This document shows, piece after piece, positions 13,701 to 24,640 of a DNA stretch of 64,000 bases. The notes beneath the pieces were generated by a model. It did no database searches. It saw nothing but the letters and a program-made list of their open reading frames with translations, and was not told the origin of the DNA. The stretch's first letter is position 1. Every line of letters begins with the position of its first letter. The stretch comes from Antedon mediterranea (Eukaryota > Animalia > Echinodermata), in contig NC_092673.1 in the NCBI RefSeq assembly GCF_964355755.1, forward strand, positions 4,340,001-4,404,000. Reading direction: 5' to 3'. The position numbers were made by a program, and so were the translations under genes.

Positions 13701-16700
13701 TATTATATTTCTAAACAAATAAAAAAATATTTTTTTTTTAAATTAGAAGAAAATAAATAAGAAATTTTGTATTGATAATATTGTAAATATTGTATACATA
13801 AAACATTATCTCCATATTAAAAAAATATTTTTTCATATATTGTTTATTCATTAATGCCAGGAGCTGAGTTGGAGTATTTTCTTAGTATTGTTTGCCTATA
13901 AAAAGAATAAAAGGAATAACGAAGGAATACCTACAATAATTTATAAAATATTGCATCCTCTTTAATTTGTTTGTTGTACAAACTGTCTACACAAAAGTCA
14001 CTTACTCAATCGTTGTTAAATTCCGTAAAAAAGTAGACTAAATTGTTTTAAATTAATAAATTAGCAAAACCGTCTCTTCTAATTCGTTTAAACATCAATA
14101 AATAACAGCCTGCTTTTTTTCCCCTTTACAGGAAATTTCTTGATTAAAACCAACAACTATTGATAGATACCAGACCGCAGCACAGGTCAAATTGACCCTT
14201 CTCTCAGGTCAACTGTCCACTACTAATTTCTATCAATCAAACACCAAGTTTAATTGACTTGCCTATTATTAGCGGTACAATTTAATCAGTGTATCTTACA
14301 ATTACTTCCTCAATGCTTATCAACCCTGCAGCCAGATTGAATTTTTACAGTTTTAAGATAAAATTCATAAAATCGTTAATTTTATTGTAAACTTTCTTTT
14401 TTTAAACAACTTTTTCAGCCTTCATGTTTCAAAAACTGTAATTAAATCAATGATGCGATCTTTATCTGTTATTAAGATTGATATTGCCAGATATCAATTC
14501 AATCTCTATAGTTTAAGTCAATAAAACTGTCCTGTCCTCGGTTTCTACATGGGGACCATACCCTAGGGATCATACTCTGGGGATTATCTTCTGGGGGTTA
14601 ATCCAGCAATATTAAGCATTTCTCCAAACCTTTATACTTAAAGTTAAATCAAAAGGTTTAGATATTTCCATGTTTTTATCACTTCTAAAGTATTTATCTT
14701 AAATGTTAGATTCAATAAATTAAATACCTGGCTATGGCTAAAACAACTACATACCCCCACCCCCGCACAGTTTGATGTTAGAGATAATGTTCTTTTTTAC
14801 CATACCACTGCCTAAACTGAAATGAACTTACAGTGAATTTTTAAGTATTAGATATAATTATGCTTCTAATGTTTACTATATCTTTAATGTTTGATTTAGC
14901 AGCATATTAAAAAAATTAAATAGTTGGCTACAATACGCTTGTTTAAAAAAGAGTATTATTTATTTATAAAAATCTGGCATTACTACAAGCTAAATATACT
15001 GTATATACCTTTTTTGGGCTGTGTGTGTGGGGGTGGGAGGGCAAGAGGTGGGAGGGCAAGAGGTGGGAGGGCAAGAGGGAAGAGCGTTAAACAGTCCTAC
15101 TGTACAAACAAAATGTTCTTTTTCATCATACCACTGGCTAAACTGATATGAACTTTCAAAGAGAATTGCATTAAAAAAAACTGTGCGCTGATGGTACCAA
15201 TTATAACCCTACGTTATCCAATAAGGCAGAGTTCTAAGATCGTGTTTAGGAAGTCATGGCACATTGAAATTAAGAGTGACATTTAATGTTGGGACATCAA
15301 ATTGTCATATGCGGTTCATTGGGATGTGCACCAATAGGAAGTTTAGCTAATAAAACATTCAATACATTTGGCTCTTTGATGTTAATTGTACTGTACATTG
15401 CAATTTGATTTACAAGAAATAATAAAATCAATCAAATTATATGCAGTGGAGCTGTAGCTTGGTGGTCAACATGCTTGGCTTCTAATCCCAGTTTCCGGGG
15501 TTCAAATCTTACTTAGTGCTATTGTTGTATACTGTTCAACAACTTTGCTACCTAAGCCTCACATGAGACTTAGTTTACAAGAACGATTTCTTCATACATC
15601 CTATAATTGCCGAATGAACTTGCTATTTGACGCAAATTATATAAATAAAAATTGATTGATCAAATTTTACCCAAACACATTCAATGAAACATTTCGACAA
15701 AAATAAATTTTCACTATCAAACTTTATGAGACAAAAACGTGATGCGCCCATATATCGACATGATGATGTCATATCACTACTATATTTGGACACATAGTCT
15801 ACTTTTCTAGTTTGATAGTGTGGACAGAGCTTTATATTGAAAAGAGGATGAATGTTTGACCTATAAAACCACAACAAATTGTTCAAATTCTGCTAATAAA
15901 CATCAAAATCAATATCAACATACCGAGGCCAACAACAATCAGCCTGGCCCGACTTTCCTAGTAAATCAAGCCACTGTTTGATTGGGTTATTCAGGTGGCA
16001 GTTAATCTGGGACAGGCCACTTAAAAAGGTAAAATATACATTGACAAACAAGTTAAGTCTGTTACTAATATCTTTATTAACAGGATAATTAATAAAGGAG
16101 ACTTAGTAACCACAGTTATAACAGGCTAAGTATGTTGATGGGTCAACTCGGACGCATGTTTTTTTTTATGTCAACTTGAATTTAGTAAAATAATTTGTGT
16201 CAAATGAATTTAAGGGCTAAAAATGGTCGTAATCAAGTTAATCTAATGACCAATGTAATTATGCTAATTTATGGTAATGAGATAAATATACCACATTCCC
16301 ACGTTCTTCTTTGATATGTTATTGGTTGTTATAAGCAGCTGTTGTTATTGGTGGTAGAGACTATGTATGTTTTTTTTGTGCTTGTCATTATGGACAATTA
16401 TGAGGTCTATACAATTATGATGTACTAAAGGCACAAATTAGTTTTAGCTTCTGTTTTTGGACAGTGGACGAAAGAGACGGTAATTAGATAGACCGTGACG
16501 AGTGCAACGTGTATTCCGTCCATGTTCCACAATCGTCATGGTCTGAAATCAAACACTGTCTCTTTCTATCGTCCAGTCCAGAAGCGAAAGCACGCTGTTG
16601 ACGTACTACGATGATTAAAAGTAGGGTCAATATTAATAAATGCAGGACAGAATCAATGGAAAAAAGAAATTTTTTGTATGAAATTAATCTAATAGAAACA

Positions 16701-19700
16701 AATAAATGGTTATTTAAAAAATTGGTAGCGAGTCGGTTTCACCCTGTGGTTTGGAAAGCGCGCTGTTAACGTACTAAGATAATCTGGATTCAATATAAAT
16801 ACAGGACAGAATCAATGAGAAAAAAAGAAATTTTGGTATAGCACTAAACTATTCAAAACAAATACATGGCTTAGCAGATCGTACATGCTTTGTTCTAAAA
16901 ACATTTTTAGCGAGTCGGTTTCACCTTGTGGTTTAAAAAGCAAGCACGCCACCCAATGAAGAAAATTTTTAAATATTAGTCAACTTTTTAAATACCGGAC
17001 TCTCCAAAAACCGAAAACTCTCCCAAAACAAGACTTTTCTTGAGGTCCAAATTTATTTTACCATTAGAAACACGTTCCAAATACCAGACTTTTTGGAAAA
17101 ACCAGACATATTAGGCCAGCCCAAAGGTGTCCGGTATTGGGAGAGTTATATTTAATATCTGCCTCATTATAAGCAAGGCTAATGGTTGGATTGCATTTAC
17201 ATTTTATACATACCTGGTTTAACACATCTGTTGCATTCGTCACAATGACGGTATGTTGTTCCATCCTTTGAAGTGCATGAATTACACAAGTTACAATGTT
17301 TATTCTCTTTGGATACATATCTGTTACAAATACTGCAAAAACTAAAAAAAAAAAAAAATACACAATAAAATACAAAATAAATTTCTTTTAACACAATGAT
17401 GACAGTGGTGCGTTAGAATGTTTCCCACTCGAGGGCGTGGTTGCGCATTAGTCCATTATGGTCCAGGAGTGAAATTTTACTTTTAGTATCTAAGTCCTCT
17501 CTCTGGAGAGCATGGGCTATGTCGTTTTATCCAGGTAAGCTAGGCACAAAATAGACAGAATAATTAAGGGAGTGAATATGGATAACTTTTATTTATTAAT
17601 TTTTATGTTTCATTTTGTTTATCCATTATTATTTTCAATGAATTTGTTGGATGAATAGAATATTGTGTGAGTTGTCTTACTTAAAACAGCGATTGTAAGA
17701 TTGTTCAATATTTATTTTTTTGAGATTTCAATGAAGAAAGAAACAAAACTAATAATAAATCTCACCTGTAACCTTCTTCTGCTGGGAGGGGAATGAGATT
17801 AGAAGAAATATTGGTGAAAATCCTTACTGGTGAGCCTTTCTTTTTGGACTTGGAATTTGGACCACTTTTAAAGAAATCATGATTTTCATAATCTACCTAA
17901 AAACAATTATTATAAAAACAACATTAGTTTACAATATATATTTCATATCTAATACTTTAAAATAATTTGAATGGAGAGTCGATTTGTTAGTGCTTAGCAA
18001 TCATTGCAAGGCAATTCTCAGGGTGCTGCACCTTTGCCATGTGTAAATGTTGTTGATTGAAAATTTTACCTGAAAATACACCGTACACATAAACATTTTC
18101 ATAACTTTGCTATACATTTCTGCAGCCATTAACAAACCTTAACAATGTTATCATTAAATAAAAGATGTATTGTCCCTTGAAACACAAAAAATGAAGTTCA
18201 AAATATTCCAAATTTAAATTGGCCATATCAAAGTAATATTAAAGTTATTCACTTTAAGTAAAAAATTTGAGCCAAAAACAACAAGTTTACGTAATTAACA
18301 GGTAAATTAATTTTATTACATTTTGTATGGAAAATCGCCACGAGCGAAAGTAAACAAAAATTTCAAAAAACGAGTATGCATTATGCATGAAGCTAATTAG
18401 GATTGTTTACAACTCGTCACGATTAAAAAGGTGTTCTAACACAGATCGCGAGGAAGTTTTATGATTATGTATACAGAGTAGCCAAACAAGCGCGTTGCAT
18501 CATGTGATATGTTTTGATTGAAAACTTTGACTGAAAGTCAAAGTTATTTTTTGAACAAAAAAACGTCTGTATTTTAGTTAAATGATTTTTTTTTCGACTA
18601 ATTTTGGGTGAAAGTTAATACCTATTATGATACTTCAAAATGACCCACTTTTTTCGAAATTTTTTAAAATATTTTTTTGGAATTAGTAAAAGGGACAATA
18701 CATCTTTAAATAAAATTTCTCATAATAATCAAACAAACACACAAGAAAAAGTAAATAAAGTAAAATACTCTACTTAACAAAAAAACTTTTATAGAGGGCA
18801 GTATAAACATTATATTTGCGTGGAAAGCATGTTCTATAATTACTTTTTCTCTATATTCTAGTACCAAAATAAAAACACACCACTGGTCACCTTATAATCT
18901 AGCATTGTAAATGTTGGCCAACTCTGTAGTATTCTTGGCTCAAAAAAATATGGAAAAATCCAAAAAACCGGCAGTTCAACCGATTCCTTTCCTGCAAACA
19001 AAATTAAAAATATTAAGCCAGATTAAAAAAAGAAAAGAAATCTATTATCTAGTATTGCTCATTTAGGAGTATTGAATGTTATTGCTTGAGAAAATTTAGC
19101 AGTTGACGTGCCAGTCGATTTGCACATGAGCATATCATAAAAATGACATCAAGGTAGCAAATTAGGCCCTATTGTCAATTAGTCTTACATTCATCTGAAT
19201 GATAGATGAAACTAAGCCAAGACGGTTTAAAGTGGTGCTATCATTGATCAAGAGCTTATCTCGTCCAGTGCCTACCTTGACCAGAGGAAAGACATCTAAT
19301 ACGTCTGAGGCAGATACTAGATGCAGGGGATGCTATAAGAGTCAGCAGTGCTGATTTCAAATTCCTGATGGGGCCCCAGCTTCTTATTCTAAATAATGGA
19401 CTAGCTAGCAGCTATGTATATTCACAATTTAAAACGTTTATACCTGTTTCTATTGCACGTCTCCATGTTTCTTGTAGATACTTCATGGTTGTAACAAGCA
19501 CATCTATGAGCCCACCAAATGGTGGATCAGTCACCAAAATAACGCCACGACCATTGTTGCGTTGTAGAAACGCACAACAAATATCTCTACTCTTTTTACC
19601 ATCAAAGAAATGATTGTTGAACATGTTATAGCGGCAATACTTATCAGGAGGGTAGAATTGAACCTGTACAAGGTAAACATTATGTGAACGTTTGTACAAA

Positions 19701-22700
19701 ATTACATATCTCAAACTTGAATGAAATATTTAATTATCAAAAAAGAAAAGTTTAACTCACATATCGGTGGTCAATATCTAATAATAAACTTTCCAGTTTT
19801 TTTCTCTTGTCATTCTGTATCGCTTCATGTATTCTGAAATATTAACATACAACAAAAAAAGGGTTTAAACTTATGATTATAAAGTCTTTTGTGTTTCTTG
19901 TTCCAACAAAATTTGTAGTGGTTGTATGCCCTGGATGTCCAGTATAACCAGTATTATGTAATTCATATCTTTTATATTTTGTAAATTTGGATTTTATAAA
20001 CAATTGCACAATTTTAATTTATTCTAATTTAATAATTTAATTGTAAATTAAGATGTTCAGTTTTAGTTAAACTCTTAATTTAATTTTTTAAATTGTGTCT
20101 TACGGCTTTGTGGAAAAACACCATTGAGATGAACAAGTGTTACCGTGACGAAATAAAGACAATGATAATCTATTGGCAAATAAGACAAAATTATAAATTT
20201 ACCTGGGTGCACCAACACACAAGACACGTTCATACCCCAGGTGCTGGACAGTATCAAGAATAAACTCTGTTGCCTTTCGAGAAAACAAATATTGCTAAAA
20301 TGAAGAAGAAAAACAATGTTTTAAATTGTTTGAATAATTTGTTGATTGGTTCCTTTTCATCCTTTTGGGACATATGGCCACTATTTTTGGTTTCTGTTAG
20401 AAAGTGATTCAACTGGTAGGGTTGTTAACCAAGTGATAGACAACAGGGGATGAAATTGCCAGAACAACATTGTAAAACTACTACTTAAGCGTGGTTCCCA
20501 CTAGCGACGCAACACAAGGACGTAACGCAACGCAAGTGAATTGACCAATCACAAGCGGTGGCTTATTCGCTTGTGATTGCTAACTGTCTATCACTTCGCT
20601 TGTCATTGGTTAAAACGCTTGCGTTGCGTTTACGTCCTTGCGTTACGTTCTAGTGGGAACCAAGCTTAAGTTGCGTTTACGTCCTTGCGTTACGTTCTAG
20701 TGGGAACCAAGCTTTAGTAGTTGTTACTGCACTTATTACTGTACTATGTAGTATTTCTATATGGTGTTACTATTAACTATTTGTATTATTTTCTTCATGT
20801 ACTGTATAAATATATCCCAAACAATAAATTAACAAATAGCTAAATCCTTGTTTACACCATCAAACTTTTATGTGACAAAAAAAATGTGATGTGCCCATAT
20901 ATGGGCATGATGATTTCATATCACTACCATATTTAACCCTATCTCTACCATATTTGGGCACATCACACTTTTTTTTGTCAAACTAGTTTGATAGTGTAGA
21001 CAGAGCTTAAGACTAACAGCATTAGTTGAGTTGTTTTCCAGTGGTATGAGTAGTTCACTTGGTTTACTAAGCTGATCCAATGTTAGTCCAGTTTGTAATT
21101 CATGTTTCTTGTTGTGGTTCTTTCTTTCACTCTGCAGCAACAATTTGTAGCAAGACTTACAAAATATCCTTTCTTTTTCAGGTACATTTTGAAGCTTTAT
21201 TAATCTGTTAAAAAAGAAATATTTACTGGTTATTAATCAACTAATTGAAAGATATCAACCATTGATCTGTAAATAAATTCAGTGCATCAAAAAACCTAAA
21301 TGGTACCTCACCTCAATGAACAATGGTTTCATTTCATTTATTTTTGTCAGAAAAATACATTTAACAAACATAAAAGAAAAGAGTTCAAAACCCAAAAGAT
21401 TGGGTAACCAAAAGGCGAAATGAATTACTAGTGTCAAGTTGCTTACCAAAATTGAAATTGAAAAAAAAAAAAAAAATCATGGTGCATCCTTGTTGTCTAA
21501 AAAGGTCAGTCTCTAATTTTGAAATGGGTGCATCATTGTTACATAAAAGTAAGTTATCTTTTTGACGCAGGGGTGCTTCATGGTATTCATAAGGTATGAC
21601 GCACATTGGATAAATGATGCACCTCTCCCTGGGGGTTATATAGTAGGTCATTCAATTGACAATTAGTGCATTAAAGATGTATTGTCCCCCAAAAACATGA
21701 AAAATGAAGGTTAATTAAATCAGACTTTAAATATGTTATTTCTTAGTTTTAATAAAGTTAATCACTTCCGTAGAAAAAAAAAACGAAACAAATAATGTTT
21801 TCACTTGTAAAATGACAAAATAAATGGTTAAATTCAACCAAAAATCCATTGGCTGGCAGCCAATTTGACCATTTTTTGCTTTAAATTACATTTTTTTCAG
21901 GTAATACATTTTTTTTCGATCCAATTTTTGGTCAAAGTGGATAAAAATTTATTTTTTCAGGGGGACAATACATCTTTAAGTAATCTTCAGTCTATGTATG
22001 TAGCTGAATGAAATATTTATGTTACCTTTCAACAGATTCTAAATGGTCATATTTTGGTTGTTGGTTTTTGTTGAATATTTCTCTTTTCTTCAATTCATCG
22101 TCAGACACAACTTCATTAAAATCCTGGTAAAATTTGCAGTGTTTACGATCTCGACTAGCTGAGCAGGCAAAGAATCTTGAAATCTTTGCAGAATTTGGAC
22201 ATATTTTTTCGAATAACAATGTTGGGCCTAAAATATATATATAAAATTAAAAGGCAAAAATTTAGCAATCATTTTAAAAACCAAAATGTTTACATTTTTT
22301 AGTCTTATCTGATGCATGTTAAGCATTAAACTCAATATTTAATTGTTAATAGACATTGATAAATAGACATTGATAAATGCACATGACAAATTTAAATTGC
22401 GCTCTAGATTGGAATCCTTGTACCAAAAAACCAATCAATAACTCAATTTATAAATTCTGAAGGATATAAAATACGCCGTGGTTAGGATTCCGGCACCGGA
22501 ACTCAACTGCCCACCATTAGGGAATCCGACACGCTGTTGCGCATGCCCAGAGCTCTGGAAAGTGAATTATAGCTTGTGCCACACATACCACACTACCACT
22601 GAGAGTGGGAGTGTTAGGATTTACTGTAGCCTAGTTAGTCGTTGCACGAGCGAGAGAGAAACTTGGCCTAGGCCATACATGAATTAATAATTAAAATACG

Positions 22701-24317
22701 ACTACGCCACGCGTTAAAATAATTATTATGATATTAATAAGAATCAGTATCTATCTACCGTAACAATCGTAATGCTGTAGTTAGCGTTGCGACTCCGACT
22801 TCCCGAACATTTTTTTCACATCCACGCGGTGGCTGCCGTCAACAAATTAACTTGTGATTGCATGTTATGTACAGTTATAATGCGTTATATGAAATCTTTT
22901 ATTTTGTACTTGAAAAATCATAAAACTAGTCAACTCATGTAATTATATAATTCATAATTATATGAAGTTTATATATGAATGAAGCAACCACTTTTTAATT
23001 ACAAAATAAATAGGCCCACTGGTCACGTCTAGCTGGTAGGCCTAGCCTAGTATTTACTATTAGTGGATCCCGTATTAGTAGGCATCTACGCTCGCTAGTT
23101 CGCCATGGCGGAGCTATGAAATGATCCATCGCTGTATAGAGTCGCCGATTACCTCGCTCTAGGCCTGCGCAATAGCGTGTTGGATTCCCTAACGGTGGGC
23201 AGTTGAGTTCCGGTGCCGGAATCCTAACCACGGCGTATAAAATAATAAATAAAATAATAATTAACATTAAATATACGCCGTGGTTAGGATTCCGGAACCG
23301 AAACTCAACTGCCCAGCGTTGGGGAATCCGGCACGCGATTGCGCATGCCCAGAGTGAGGTAATCGGCGACTCTGTACTCGATCCATCTACAGACTATAAA
23401 CAGCTAAATGTGACCAGGGGCCTATTTATTTCGTAATTAAAAAAATGGTTGCTTCCTGACTAGTTTTATGATTTTTCAAGTACAAAATAAAAGATTTCAT
23501 ATAACGCATTATACTGTAATAACATGCGTATACAAGTTGATTTGTTGACGGCAGCCGCCGCGCAGATATGATGTGAAAAAAACAGAACCGTTCGGGAAGT
23601 CGGGGTCGCTACGCTATTCACTCTGTCTAATAAAATTACAGCATTACGATTCTTAGATAGATAGGCTGATTCTTATCAATATCATAATAATTATTTTAAC
23701 GCGTGGCGTAGTGGTATTTTAATTATTAATTCATATGGCCTAGGCTAGGCTAGGCCAAGTTTCATCCATCGCTCGCGCAACGACTAACTATAGGCAATAG
23801 GCTACAGTAAATCCCTAACACTCTCCGACTCTCGGTGGTGTGGTGGTGCGCGGTAAGTGCAAAGCTATAATTACTTCGCTCTGGGCATGCGCAATAGCGT
23901 GTCGGATTCCCTAACGCTGGGCAGTTGAGTTCCGGTGCCGGAATCCTAACCACGGCGTTAAATATATTTTTATTAATAAATACATATGATATTGATAATA
24001 TACGAATACAGATAACTCTGACCACTACGCAGCGCTTTGTTCTGTATGAAAAAAAATCTAGTAAGGCTAGGCCCGACTTAGCCTAGCGAGGTCCTCGCTG
24101 AGCAAGCAGGTCAACTAGCCTAAATAGTATACGCTAGCTAGGCCTAGTACTAGTAGCTAGTTCCTAGCTAGCCTAGCTAGGCCCTACTAGGAGGGCCACG
24201 TAGAGAAGTATGTGTAGGCATGTGTTATTTCAAAATCATCCTACCATGTGGACAGGTTGGAGCCATGCTTGAATCGTACCCTTCAAAGACAACATCATAC
24301 CCAATACTTGAAGGCAT
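7711..24317 (-). CDS. ZCCHC4: rRNA N6-adenosine methyltransferase ZCCHC4 (~446 aa, 10 exons)
   Basis: Exons 24317-24245, 22227-22026, 21204-21018, 20294-20203, 19833-19761, 19663-19444, 18991-18891, 17896-17766, 17341-17214, 7844-7711 join in frame at GT-AG junctions. GRF finger [25 protein letters not shown]; VLCVGAPR; LDIDHRY; catalytic DPPF; [10 protein letters not shown]; SPVRIFTN; Cys-rich region; C-terminal knuckle [16 protein letters not shown]. The stop TAA overlaps a possible GTAAGT donor, so the extreme C-terminus is uncertain. Confidence 0.92.
7798..8090 (-). repeat. Tandem repeat, 4 x 73-74 bp, each carrying the ZCCHC4 last-exon acceptor plus 47 coding nt
   Basis: Minus-strand unit gtca(t/c)...cttgtcttc(t/tc)tag|TAAGGATCCATTGTAAGACTTGCAAACAGTGTATGCTGCCAAACCAT; exon starts at 8064, 7990, 7917, 7844. 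Confidence 0.92.
8119..8263. mobile_element. PIF/Harbinger-type MITE family A
   Basis: AGCTCTGTCTACACTATCAAAC...GTTTAATAGTGTAGGCAGAGCT. Confidence 0.8.
10537..10722 (-). mobile_element. tRNA-derived SINE (truncated head)
   Basis: Shares AAACTCGCCAATTA...AACCCTGGCACTAGG..GAACC with 7427-7614. Confidence 0.65.
15448..15623 (+). mobile_element. tRNA-derived SINE
   Basis: GGAGCTGTAGCTTGGTGGTCAAC...GGTTCAAATC head plus diverged body. Confidence 0.65.
16447..16585. repeat. Imperfect ~140-bp inverted repeat (hairpin)
   Basis: GCTTCTG..GGAC..TGGACG..AAAGAGACGGT..AGACCGTGACGA pairs with TCGTCATGGTCT..ACTGTCTCTTT..CGTCCA.GTCC.AGAAGC. Confidence 0.7.
18163..18705. mobile_element. Non-autonomous Kolobok-like DNA transposon
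   Basis: TIR AGATGTATTGTCCC/GGGACAATACATCT, TTAA on the right flank; same TIR as 21675-21975 and 25451-25709. Confidence 0.7.
19213..19381 (-). mobile_element. Headless copy of the 5S-derived SINE body
   Basis: Colinear with 49195-49351 (GGTTTAAAG..TCTCGTCCAGTGCC.ACCTTGAC.AGAGG..TCTGAGGCAGATACTAGATGCAGGGG..ATAAGAGTCAGCAGTGCTGATTTCAAAT). Confidence 0.75.
20488..20713. mobile_element. PIF/Harbinger-type MITE family B with duplicated right end
   Basis: TIR AGCGTGGTTCCCACTAG/CTAGTGGGAACCAAGCT, TTA flanks; near-identical copy at 57323-57494. Confidence 0.8.
20844..21007. mobile_element. PIF/Harbinger-type MITE family A
   Basis: Family TIRs with TAA flanks; ends 10 bp from the ZCCHC4 exon 3 donor. 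Confidence 0.75.
21675..21975. mobile_element. Non-autonomous Kolobok-like DNA transposon
   Basis: TTAA|AGATGTATTGTCCCC...GGGGACAATACATCT|TTAA. Confidence 0.8.
22474..23235. mobile_element. Non-autonomous MULE/Mutator-like element, copy 1
   Basis: ~80-bp TIRs CGCCGTGGTTAGGATTCCGGCACCGGAACTCAACTGCCCA...; 9-bp TSD TATAAAATA (22465-22473, 23236-23244). Confidence 0.88.
23276..23957. mobile_element. Non-autonomous MULE/Mutator-like element, copy 2 (inverted relative to copy 1)
   Basis: Same TIRs; 9-bp TSD TTAAATATA (23267-23275, 23958-23966); interior is the reverse complement of copy 1. Confidence 0.88.
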
Positions 24318-24640
24318 TATCTACTAATGAATATAATTATTTTAGGCCTAAAATCAAGTGTTATCGCGATTGCAAATTCCCCACGTTTTCAACATGTCAT
24401 TTTGAGTTTATTGACACATATTATAGAGGGCGCAATCTTAAAGTTATTTTACGTTATCAGCCAATCAGCACGCTCCGAATAGGGAATTCCCATTTCTATT
24501 AAAAGTCCAACACAATCATTTTCCCATTTCACAGATAACAACATACACTATAGGGCCGAGACAAACGTTGTGTTGCCCCTTTTGCATGTAGGGCGAAGTT
24601 TGTAGAATTCCGCTGCATAATTATTTATAACAAATTAATT
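24318..24640. promoter_or_regulatory. Bidirectional promoter region ZCCHC4/RLR with NF-kappaB-type site and CCAAT box
   Basis: 323 bp between divergent ATGs; palindromic GGGAATTCCC at 24482-24491; AGCCAATCAG at 24459-24468; GCAAATTCCCC near 24372. Confidence 0.6.

Noticed and set aside
16486-16543. Alternative ZCCHC4 terminal exon (ttcag|ACCATGACGATTGT...TAA)
   Set aside because: In frame but lies within a hairpin repeat and lacks the conserved HC..C and CCHC motifs found at 7711-7844.
22478-24025. Four similar ORFs ([11 protein letters not shown]...)
   Set aside because: Translations of MULE terminal inverted repeats, not a gene family.
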